From Lingula anatina (lineage: Eukaryota > Animalia > Brachiopoda), in contig CM120640.1 of the NCBI GenBank assembly GCA_051362555.1, positions 49,454,788-49,518,787 on the forward strand: 64,000 bases of DNA, in the 5' to 3' direction. The notes beneath the pieces are model-generated. The model was not told the DNA's origin. It saw nothing but the letters and a program-made list of their open reading frames with translations, and did no database searches. A program made the position numbers and the translations under genes. Every line of letters starts with the position of its first letter. The stretch's first letter is position 1. Below are positions 24,128 to 35,058 of this stretch, piece by piece.

Positions 24128-26318
24128 GGTGATGTGGTATTTGAAACCAATTCACTGCCAGCTTCTTTAATATTAAAGGCTAACGTGGGCAGAAACTGAC
24201 AAAACTAAAGAATCAGAAACCCGGAATTCTTTGGATTGGGGCGTGCTAGTTTTGTTTACAGTATAAAGTGACATAAATACGGAATAGATCGTTGATAAAG
24301 GTGTATATTTTACTATAATCAAATAATTTCATCTCTTCGATTTTCATCCTGTTTAATGATTCACAAGCTTTGTGTTACGGTTCACATTTAAAGTCAATTG
24401 GATTTTTCAAACTAATCACAAGCATTATCAATTGCGACAGTTGAGAAATTAATTGTGTTTTAACGAAGCTGGAGCTTTTTGGTTGCCAAAATGGGGAATT
24501 AGGAGGGCTTGAAATCCACTTCCAGGGATGTAAAACGTTGGTGATGATGATTTTGACTTAGATTCCTTTATAAAGTTTTGTTCACAAACCTGATACCTAG
24601 GGATATTTATTTGCACTATCTGCAATATGCATATTCTTGCCTGCATCTTTAAATAACTGCATGTAGAAATAATTGGTATTATTTCGTGCAAACACTAGAC
24701 CGCCAGGTACTTCGTTTTGCGTATCTTTTTTATATGGCTGTGGACTAAACCTAACTGAAATTAATTGAATTAGATTCAGTTTATCTACATTCTGTGGATT
24801 TCTTAGTACAAAGCGGAAGCTTGTGAAGGAAAAAAGAAATGTATAAATTGAAAATTCTCTGTAAAGGTACTTTATTGACTTGCCCTAATTGCTTTTTAGG
24901 GTTAGAACTCATACATGCCACTTTCTAATAACAAATAATATATGTGGCATTTTTCCAAAGAAATATTTGAAAAGCACCTACAAAATATTTCTATAGCTAA
25001 AAATCGATACAGATGATCAGAGGGCAAAACATCAGATAACATCTGGTGTTGTTTTGTTAGTTAGAAATATATTTTTGCTTTTAGAAAAAACTAACATGTT
25101 TGTTTGACTAACATGGATATGCACATTCATAACTAGGTAAATGGTGTGTGCCGAAAACTGAATTTACTTTGACACAAACATTTAGGATTTCTCATAGGTG
25201 AATAGTCTCTTAAATAGCCCAAAATAACAAAAACATTCTCGTGAAAGCGGATAATCCATGGTTCAACGGAAACCTGTTATTTCTCAGGTTAGATGAATGG
25301 ACTTACACAATAGAGCCATTATTATTTCTACTTTGCAGTTCTAGTGGGGTCTTAATACCTCCTTGCCCCGTATACAAGGCGTTTCTATGGGACATATAGA
25401 ATCCGCGGTGTAGTAAGGGCAGGGGAGCATAGTGCTCACGTAGCTTTACAAGCCTTACCTGACATCTAGGTGTAGTACATGTAGCGAGGTGGACAAAGCG
25501 CTGGTCACTTGCCAGCGTGAAAAATGACCATTGACGACACTGCAAGATATTTGACAACAGTAAGTTAAAGGTACGCCAGCGTTTCGTGTTTAAAGTGTAG
25601 TGATTTTGATTCGAGATCTTAATATTGATAAATTGTTGAGAGAGGCTGTTTTGATCGTAGACTTGCATTAAGCCATGGGTTGGTGTAAGTTAACACGGAG
25701 GCAAAGGTCAAAGCTTCTAACCTTTCAGTGACTGTTTGACTTTAGGAAATGGACGTCACCTCTCTCAAAGCAAGTTACAGAAAGAAAGGCCGGTGAAAAG
25801 ATCTACAATAATATCAAACGAGACGCCCCTAGGGCCGAAGAATACACAGAGTTATTGACCGATACAAAACACGTATTCTGGTTATATAAGTATTGTCGAT
25901 GATAGCAAAAGGCCCGAGACTTTGCAATTAACTTAAAGGTCAACTAAGAATGGACTGCCGAATTATTTACCATACGTAGGTGAGTAGGAAAGAGGATCCA
26001 TTGAATAACACAACTACTAGATGGGTAATACCCCTGTACATCATAAATCCATAGATTCACAAATTCCACGAGATGTTTATTTTACGGACAAAACACACAA
26101 TACTGCCTTAATCCAGTTTTGTGGACACGTTCGGGTAAATGATGTAACTGTAGGGCCTCTCGAATGGTTTCATACTACATATATTCCACCAAAATTTCCA
26201 ACTCTATATCTTAATCTATCTGGGTCCCCGCTTTAAATCGCACGAACGTTATCTGCATATTGCCTATCCCCGCCCTGTCAACAGATAGCGACGAATTCAA
26301 GGCAAAATGCTTCACTCT

Positions 26319-26363
26319 TAATTTTTGTACCAGCATAAATATATATGTAATTTTTGTACCAGC

Positions 26364-26442
<79 letters not shown>
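26319..26442. repeat. 29-bp direct duplication running into a (TA)n microsatellite
   Basis: TAATTTTTGTACCAGCATAAATATATAT occurs twice, followed by (TA)n to 26442. Confidence 0.95.
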
Positions 26443-26445
<3 letters not shown>

Positions 26446-26679
26446 CTAAAGCCCGAAAACCCGCAAAAGCCCGTGCTATTATCAAGAAGGATAAGCAGCA
26501 ATACGGGGATATACCAAGATATTAACATTCAATTCAGTGCTTAAATTAAGCCAATGGTACGCTTAAGGATGCTTTAGGCTACACAAAGGTATGTGTCCGG
26601 GGAAGTTTGGTGACACATGAGATGCGCTCTTTCTTCTCTGTGTGTCGCGCTCATGTCAAGCGGTTGCGTTTGTTTTCAC

Positions 26680-26693
26680 GTTGACAAGGAGAC
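26680..26693. promoter_or_regulatory. RFX X-box-like site in the probable promoter of paralog B
   Basis: GTTGACAAGGAGAC (reverse complement GTCTCCTTGTCAAC), followed by donor-like GTAAGT (~26728) and CAG|GTACAA (26823), which suggest non-coding first exons. Confidence 0.3.
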
Positions 26694-28558
26694 ATCGAAA
26701 GGGGGTCATCAAATTTTATCATTAAATGTAAGTCTATAAGCCATATCTTAGTTATTATCTAATTGATTGTCGCTCTATTTTCTGCGCTTGAGAAGATACT
26801 AAGGCCTGGGCTTTGTTAAACAGGTACAATGGTATGATAAGGGGTACTTTTTTGGCTTGACACTATTCTATAAGTTGTGTTATATGATAGTGTGCATAGT
26901 CTCTTTTGAAATTACCATAATGCATTGTCCTTACACCTACGGCATCCTTTGCAAAACAAAAAATTCGTTGAAAAATACAGGAAGTCTACATAAATCTCAC
27001 GGATGATTTTTATTTTCAGGTTTATATGTTTTCAATTATATGGACTCTTAAATTCTTAAAAATTCTTAATTTTTTTTTTTTTTTTTTGCTCCACCAACCG
27101 CGCATGGTCACATTGTATCTCTTGTTCTAAGCAGAAAAGCAAATTTGATATAGTTATTTGTTTTCCACTCAGCTGTTGATAATAAACATGCACTGATTTA
27201 AAAAATCTATTGTTGTGCATCGATTTTGCCACAGTACGTAGTATCATAAGTCTTGAATTGTATTCTTCACAGAAAGGGGTTTGTGACCCCGTCCCTTAGT
27301 GCCGCCGCAAGAGAGAAAAAGCCGATGAAAAAAGTGAAACCAAAGAAAGAAATTGACGTTTGGGGGTTTATCATGCATAATTTAATACGAGGTCTGCTAA
27401 TAAACAGTCTCAACAACTTCATCATGCACTCAGTGGCAGCAATTGCACAAGCAATTTATCGTTCATTCAAAGTGATACGCATCCTTTTTCTGTTCAGTCA
27501 AGAATCATGTATCATTACTCTCATGCACTAAGATTGAGCAGTTATGTCTCTTTCACTGCTTTCTGATATTTTTCAGGTTTTTTGTCGCATTTATAAGTGA
27601 GTTTAGCCCAGACGCCACCTTTTCCTCTTCGGAGACCAGGGCGATAACAACATCGGTCACTAAAGACTATGCCATCACATTTCCCTTCGGAAACCTACAA
27701 AAATGACGGCCGCATTCACAGGCTCCGGTCACGTATACGACAGTCATGCTGCACCCAAGGTAATCTCAACGACTTTGGCTTTTATGGCTGTAATTTCAAT
27801 GTTATTTCCAAATGGAATTTACGATACTTCAATATACTTGTAGAAGTGATCTTCAAACATTTATTTAAGGCAGTTCGATGTCTTTTCAATGCAGGAAATA
27901 CAACGCCTTTGCCAGTGTTTTGTATCATAACAGACAGTGTGAGGTGCAGTATGCAAGAGAAATGTTACTTAACCCAATGATCTATATTTGCTTTACCTAA
28001 CCTCGGTTTACTTGCAAGATACAAGCGAGAAAAAATCGTTAATCATACGGATATGAGTATCACATAGTTTTGTTGCTTCCTAATCTTGCAATGACATTTA
28101 ACTGAACAGAATTGATGAAATCACGAATGCTTTAATTACACAGCTGCTGGATTTGATTTCACGTCTACAGGTATACAATTACATGTATAAACTCAACCCT
28201 CATTGCTAGCCATATATGTAAGTCTTTGACGTAATTAATAACAAAACACGTAACTATACGGGGTGTTTTCTTCAGGTTCAGTTAAATTACATTTCTGTCT
28301 CGTTATATTAACAGAAGATCGATCTTCATATCACTTGCAGGCACGTCATCCACTTATATGCCAATGACAATGAGTTTCTGCTACAAACATTCTGACACTT
28401 CATGATGTTTTTTCAAATGAAAGTCCCCACTCAAACGTGCTAATGTGCTAACTTACACACCACCAAGGTTTTTTCAAACATAACGTCCGCGTTTGTTTGT
28501 TCGCACTTTCGAAGTTGATGTAACGTTAGACCAATTTTCATATATCGTAGTAATATTG

Positions 28559-30137
28559 ATGGCCTTTCAAGTAAGTGTCACACACAAAGCGGGAGAGAGA
28601 GGGCAGGGCCAGAGAGAGAGAGGTTGAAGGAGGGAGAATGTTGTTTTATGTATCAGTTCACTCTCCACAATTTTATTTTCACTTGAAAGCATGGTCTTAT
28701 CTGTGCATTTATTCCCTTTTCCGCAGTTTATCAATTTATGCGATCTTCAGGTAATAATCCTATTCGTTTCAGATAAAGAGGCGACTACTAGCATCAGATG
28801 AACCTTCAAGACATCGCCGAGCAGACCAGCATCAAAGTGACATTGATATCCGCGTGTCCAGAGTGTCTCCTTTGGACGGAGATTCCAAGGGGTCCATGCT
28901 TGCCTACACGGAACGGATGCAATCTATTGCCAGAAACAGGGGGATAGCTATACACAGTGGGGGTAACCCTGGGGGATCGGACTCCACCCTTGTTGTGAGA
29001 GCCAAACACATCACTCGTCCACGAAATTTACCAAAATTAAGCCCCCGCGGACAAGAGACGTTAGACTCATGGTCTGAGGAGAGCAGACCGAAGAAAGATG
29101 CTCTTAGAGTGAACACGGTGAGTGCCTCGGATCTCAGGGACCTTGTGGATCATAGCCTATATACGAAAGGCACGAGGAGAGAAACTGTGAAATTGGTTGC
29201 AATAAATGACAAAATATCTCAAATTGAAAGCAGAGAAAACAGTGCTAAACGATCGACCAATCCAAAATCGATTGGTGGTGACGATAAACATATAAACGAG
29301 AAAGCAAGCGATGAGACTGATACGCCTTTGACAATAAAAGGTGACAGCCTGTCTCCTGTTGCCCCGCACTGGAGCGTTTTGGAAAGAAACAAGGCTCAAT
29401 CTGTGTCACCAAATAATGCAAAGACGCCTAATTCTATGTTCGATGTGGGAGTACCATCTCAACCAAAAATTAACGATAAGGATTACGGTCGTTTCACTGT
29501 TCTAGCAGAGAGACCGAAGAAAGTGAAAATCAGGAAGCCTCCTAAAAGGATGAAACTCCACCGGAGCAGTTTAGATTCAATACCAGAAAATGAGACATTA
29601 TCGGATATAGAAACCTCCAGGCCTCACTCTCAAGTATCTGTAAAAATGTCCCCAATAGTCGACCTCTCAGAGGACCATTACCCCCCTACCTTGCAAGACC
29701 ATAGTAACAAACATACAGTAAAATCAGCTTTGTCTTCCATTCCCGAAGGTACCACCCTACCTCAGCCTCCAAACTCAGGTTTCCGTTCTCTCTACTCTAC
29801 AAAACTTGATCAAACTAAGCAAGTTGTGAATATAAAAATCATCGACTCAGGAGAAAGTACTCTGTCTTTGGAGAACAATACTGAAGAGATGTCTCCCAAG
29901 TCGGAGGGAGGCTCATTGTCGTTTCCAAGCTCCGTTGACATTCAGCGAGAACAGCAATTGACGAGTCTCAGGTTTAATCTGTCACAGACATTCACGAGGA
30001 AAAAACCAAAACCGCCAAGTGAATTGTCAGTTAAGGGTGCTTACTTACGAACGCGTTTTTATGAACCCAAGTCCAAAATCAAACTACCAACATTCGCCAA
30101 GAAAAAGAAAAGACCAAAAATCAGATTTCTAAAATAA
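28559..30137 (+). CDS. Uncharacterised ~458-aa disordered protein (paralog B)
   Basis: The large exon is open from the AG acceptor at 28771-28772 (IKRRLLASDEP...) to TAA 30137. A probable first coding exon at 28559-28570 (MAFQ|GTAAGT) splices in phase 0. Contains SMLAYTERMQSI and C-terminal LRFNL...KPKPP...KGAYLRTR with a basic tail. Confidence 0.82.
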
Positions 30138-30174
30138 GAATTGTCAGAACTGACCTAACAGATTTTTTTTGTTA

Positions 30175-30235
30175 TTTTGTTACCATGACACATATATTTT
30201 GTTACCATGACACATATATTTTGTTACCATGACAC
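30175..30235. repeat. About 2.8 copies of a 22-bp tandem repeat TTTTGTTACCATGACACATATA
   Basis: Directly visible; starts 38 nt after the paralog B stop codon. Confidence 0.9.
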
Positions 30236-31612
30236 AAGTATTTCGTTTCATTTTGATGGTTGTGTGTGCGGGTCCTGGAAACCAGCTTTTGAGGGGACCA
30301 AAACTTGCTCTGTTCTTCATTTTTTACCTTTCAAGAGTTGAATTTTCAAATGAGGTAGATTCATCATTTGAAATGCATTTTCATATGAGAGTAATTGTTA
30401 AATGAAATATGAAGATGAGTTTTTCCCTTATTTAACAAGTACCAGATAGCATGAGTTAATATACTGTATGTGATTAACTTATTCCATTTGAAAAGATACT
30501 AACTAGTGCGCAGTATACTCATTGCTAAAATGCGATCTGCTGCTGATTAAGGATGCACATGAGAGAATTCCTTATGTTAATATATAGAAGAATGCCAGTA
30601 CTTAATGTGAGTATCACATATTTGCACCAACATATTTGCACCAATAATGGCTGCAAATTAGCACCAATAAAACTTGTTGCTGCATTTTGCTAAGGATGAT
30701 TTAGCTTTTTCAAATTTGTGCACTGAATGGTTGCAGATTGCATGCATACGCCAATATATGTGGGTAATAAGGTATAGAATATATTGTCTACTGTTTTAAA
30801 ATCACCAGATAAAAAGGAAATTATTGTTACGTAGAAGGAAGGTGAAATCAAACATTTATCATATTTCGTTGCAACCTTATAATGCACAGGTAGGATCCGT
30901 TATGTTGGATCCTAGTGCACAGCATGCACAGCAGTCTCCAGTACGTGATCTAATTATGTTTTTATGATTCAACTGTAATAATATTTGCATATTAATATAT
31001 ATATATATAAAACGAAAATGTCAAATGAAATACAAGCAAGGTAATCCTCCGTCTTTTAATTGTTGCTCTTGTAGGTCATTAGCACATATTTGTTGTCTCG
31101 TTTCTGTTCTTTTCACTAAAAACTGGCTTGAACGAGTAGCGATTACAAGAACATTAATTTGACCCATTTGTCAAAGTTTGATATAAACAAAATGTCACTG
31201 TTTGGAGCAAACAAGCATCAATCTGACAAGTGATGATGGAAATATTTGAAAATATTTGGGATGCACCATTAAAATGAACTTGTTTTCCCAGATAAGTCCG
31301 GGGACGTGATATAACCTTCCCGCAAGGCAAAACAACGTTTCACGCTTAAAACAGTAGTCGTGTAAAATCAACATAAGAATTTGTTTCTGATAAGATATGG
31401 CATGGAAATTCCGTTGTATATTAACTTTCCACGGATCAATTTCGCACAGGTCATGATGCCAAATGCTTATAGCAACTAAAATCACAATTCGTGTTCTGAT
31501 ATTTATTGCACATATTATACTTTTTACTGAAGAATAGATACATTAAATCGAAAAAGATGAAATACAGCGCAAAAACCGCTGATCGTATGCCATTACGCAA
31601 GATTTTGTTAGC

Positions 31613-32902
31613 TTAACTGTCGTTCGAGTGTATTGTATTAACAGGTAATCGTGAATTAAAAACATGCAGTCTATCGCTGTCACTAAAACTAAGCACCCTT
31701 CGCCGTTCAGTTTGTTCTTCATTCACCGGGGTCGGAGGTGACGCAGGGGTCGTTAGAGAAGGTGCAGACAATGCACCCTTTAACTGATGACGATCTGAGG
31801 CAGGGGGAGACGGCTTATTTTTGTGGACGGATTGAAAAAACTCGGTGTTAATTTCCAGTTCAATATTACCATTCCCATGATTAAATCCATTTCTTTTCTT
31901 CTCGGTCGAATTTGTATTAGTTGTATCTAACAGAAAACTGTTTACTGCCTCGGAGTATTTGAATAAATGGTGGGAGATCACCGGCTTGATGGAGGTCTTT
32001 CTTACTCTTGGAGTTTGGACATTCTGTTTGGGAGACTGCACCTGGTTTAAAGCTCTACCACTAGCAGACACGTCTTCAGTGCGCTTATTGTTCACTTTTG
32101 TTTTCGTTTTTTGTGGCTTCCACACATATGTCATTCTCTCTTTCTTGTAGTAATCTTTTTCCGAATTTAAACTGTGCATTTCCTGTGATTCGGAATGTTC
32201 ACTGTTTGGTATGTCAGGAAAAGGCGCTATCTGAGGATAAGGATCAAATTCGTCCGCACTCGGTGGCGAGATTAATATATCCACGGGCAAATTCTGATCT
32301 AAGTTTTCTCGTTCAAATTTTGTCAGCTCTCCAAGTTCGCTTGCATGTTTGATGCCTTTCTTAATTGCCGGTAATTGTGCATGCCTTTTGAAATTAGCCT
32401 CGTGAGTATTGGTATTTGACTGCACCTCATGGCTTGATAAGTTTTCAGCGTTCCTTAGTTTGTCGTGGCTTACTTTTTGTAACCCGGGAGAAACCATATG
32501 CGTGAAGTCTAAAGATTTAGTCCTGTATATACTCCCGTCTTCTGTTCTGTGGCTACCATTGGAAGATTTAAACTTAAAGCTCAACAAACCCCCCTTTGAT
32601 TGTGTTTTACTTGCTGGTTCATTGGTACGTGCTATTGCAATTTGCCGCATTCTCTCAGAATAAGCGAGCATGGAACTCTCCATTGATTTCCTTCGTTCTT
32701 GTAACACGTGTAGATCTTTCTTGTGCTGTGATTCAACAACGTTTATCTTCGAGTCCAGCATGGTAGCGGCCGCTGCATTCAGTGCAGTGGTAAGTCCCGT
32801 TTCACTGTGCCTTCCAGCAAGACCTGTGTAGTTGGTTAGTTTTGTTACAACTGCTTTTCCCAGGTTCCCAGGGCCTGGCTGGTTCTTGTCTTTCCCGTGC
32901 AT
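31613..32902 (-). CDS. Uncharacterised 429-aa coiled-coil/disordered protein, CCDC190-like (paralog C)
   Basis: Intact 1290-nt ORF with N-terminal helix LNAAAATMLDSKINVVESQHKKDLHVLQERRKSMESSMLAYSERMRQI. A polypyrimidine acceptor near 32949 and a minus-strand donor near 35261 suggest a non-coding upstream exon. Confidence 0.87.
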   Translation of the reverse strand: MHGKDKNQPGPGNLGKAVVTKLTNYTGLAGRHSETGLTTALNAAAATMLDSKINVVESQHKKDLHVLQERRKSMESSMLAYSERMRQIAIARTNEPASKTQSKGGLLSFKFKSSNGSHRTEDGSIYRTKSLDFTHMVSPGLQKVSHDKLRNAENLSSHEVQSNTNTHEANFKRHAQLPAIKKGIKHASELGELTKFERENLDQNLPVDILISPPSADEFDPYPQIAPFPDIPNSEHSESQEMHSLNSEKDYYKKERMTYVWKPQKTKTKVNNKRTEDVSASGRALNQVQSPKQNVQTPRVRKTSIKPVISHHLFKYSEAVNSFLLDTTNTNSTEKKRNGFNHGNGNIELEINTEFFQSVHKNKPSPPASDRHQLKGALSAPSLTTPASPPTPVNEEQTERRRVLSFSDSDRLHVFNSRLPVNTIHSNDS

Positions 32903-34053
32903 ATTTAAAACGCACCGACTTGCCTGTTGGGTGATCTACATCAAACAACTGAAACAAAAACGTAAAACAAGTGAAGGTAGCAATAATTAAAAACCTTTCT
33001 CACAGGATTTAAAATAGAGTCTATGCAGACCAAAAACGTTCAAAATGCACGTGTTTGAAAAAAAAACATTATTTTGTCCAAATTAAGAGTACACCGTCAC
33101 CACTAGTTACTATGTTACCTACACGAATGAATGGCATTAAAATTCGATCTGTTTAAGTTTGTACTAACTAATTTTAGAGTGCGCTGTGTAAAAAGCACGT
33201 GACAAAAAGTAAACAATTTACGCTTGAACCTTCCGTTTAATAGGGGCGCAAAAATAAAAGGGTCTACAATTACTTTGAAGTTTCACTCAACAACCATAGG
33301 ACTCCATAGCGTATTAGAGGCCATCGATGGCACGAAAAACAAACATAGAAACAAATTGAAGCACACGACGTAAAACTGATGTTGCACAGCCCATCGGACA
33401 AATTGTTGAAAATAACCGATTCGAGACCAATGTCCGTTATGTGTGCTAATAAACAAGAAGTAAAAAGGAGTTTATTAAAATTTTAACAATAAAAACAACA
33501 TTTCAAAGAGCTGAGGTCAACTCTTCGCGTGCCCCTCCATGAAAATGCCTTAATCTATGCCTTACCCTCTGTAAGCGCCAAAATGTGCTGAACTAAATCC
33601 CTATTTCTGCTGTGACGCCTTTTTAGAAGACCTTACACAGAAGATTATACGGTTGTCATTTGGTATTAGATTGTTGATCTACTCCTCTAAGTTAGTGTAT
33701 TCGCTTGATTACATTGGTATTAAACTCCCTGAAGTTGATTTATTATGTCACGAAGGAGTTGCCTGAAGACGTAACTGGACTCTTCGCTTCGGTGCCTTTA
33801 GTCAATGTTGGCCCTGTCGGATGAACAATCATAATATTTGCGAAACAAATCTGTTTAACCACACCTTTGTCCTCAAAAGTACCACAAACTGAAACACCGC
33901 CATTCTGAAAAAAATTGTCTTTGATTTTCACATTTTGGAAAGTTGGTATATTATTGATTTCTGCTGAAGCTCACACGTTTACTTAGTAAATTAGGCGACT
34001 TGTTTGTGTTTTGGTGCATCGAGACTGGCACACACCTTCCTATAAACTAATAG

Positions 34054-34666
34054 GGACGGTTCCTATAAACAACACCGTTTTTCTTTCAAAATAAAACCAA
34101 GGTCTCCAAAAACAGTCGAAGTTTCGTCAAGGACTTAAATTAATATCAAACAAACTTTTCTATGCCTAAATCCGGATCATAGACTGTTATCTTATTCACC
34201 TGAATATATAGGGGGAAATTATTATTACCTTTATTTACTTTTCGGGTTAGGAACTTAATTTGTTCATTGACTAGAAATATTAATCCTCGATTGACTATAG
34301 AAATGTATGGTCTGGGATACGATCTGTCACGACTTCTGAACGCAGCACTGTTTACAGAAAATAACCTTAGTGTCCTCAAACCTCCAGGTGAATTTTCTGG
34401 ATATCTATTGATAATTTTAAATAAAAAGGAGTCGCATGTGATACAAATACAACCCTGTCTACTGCAAAATATCTCCATTGATTTTTTTCACCAAAGAAAT
34501 GTACTTGAGAGCAAAATTTGATAAGAGTATGCAAAAATTTCGGTACTTCAAACTTCTGAAAGAATATCATAAAATCTAAAAGAGCAAAACAATTATATTG
34601 ACAGAGAATAAAATGTGATTGTTTTAATAGCCACTGAAAAGGGGATGAATGCCGATCACAGCGTCC
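34054..34666. mobile_element. Degenerate Kolobok-like non-autonomous element
   Basis: Short termini GGACG...CGTCC. Right flank is TTAA; left flank is degenerate (ATAG). Weak call. Confidence 0.3.
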
Positions 34667-34973
34667 TTAAAAAGTTCTGCATTTAACTGCATTCTTTTAG
34701 GCAAACAATGACGAAGTGCATATCACATTACGTGCAGATATGTGTAACGGACCTTTGTATACAACTTAACTCTTGGAGAGGTGACTATCATACAGCGTAG
34801 AACAATGAACGTTTGTCAAAATATTTAATACATGATATTGAACCTGTCACCTCTCACGTCTTATCATCTTTGGCAAATATTAAAGCTACTGATTTTTCAA
34901 GAACGAGAATCTGTCTACTTTGTTATGAACACGATAATGATGATGGTTATAAATAACTCTATTCAATGTGTTT

Positions 34974-34975
<2 letters not shown>

Positions 34976-35055
<80 letters not shown>
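34976..35055. repeat. (TA)n microsatellite
   Basis: Directly visible. Confidence 0.98.

Positions 35056-35058
<3 letters not shown>

Noticed and set aside
26211-26528. ORFs with IYIYIY runs (also 34832-35080, poly-N at 42921-43205, poly-K/F at 1200-1511)
   Set aside because: Translations of microsatellites and homopolymers.
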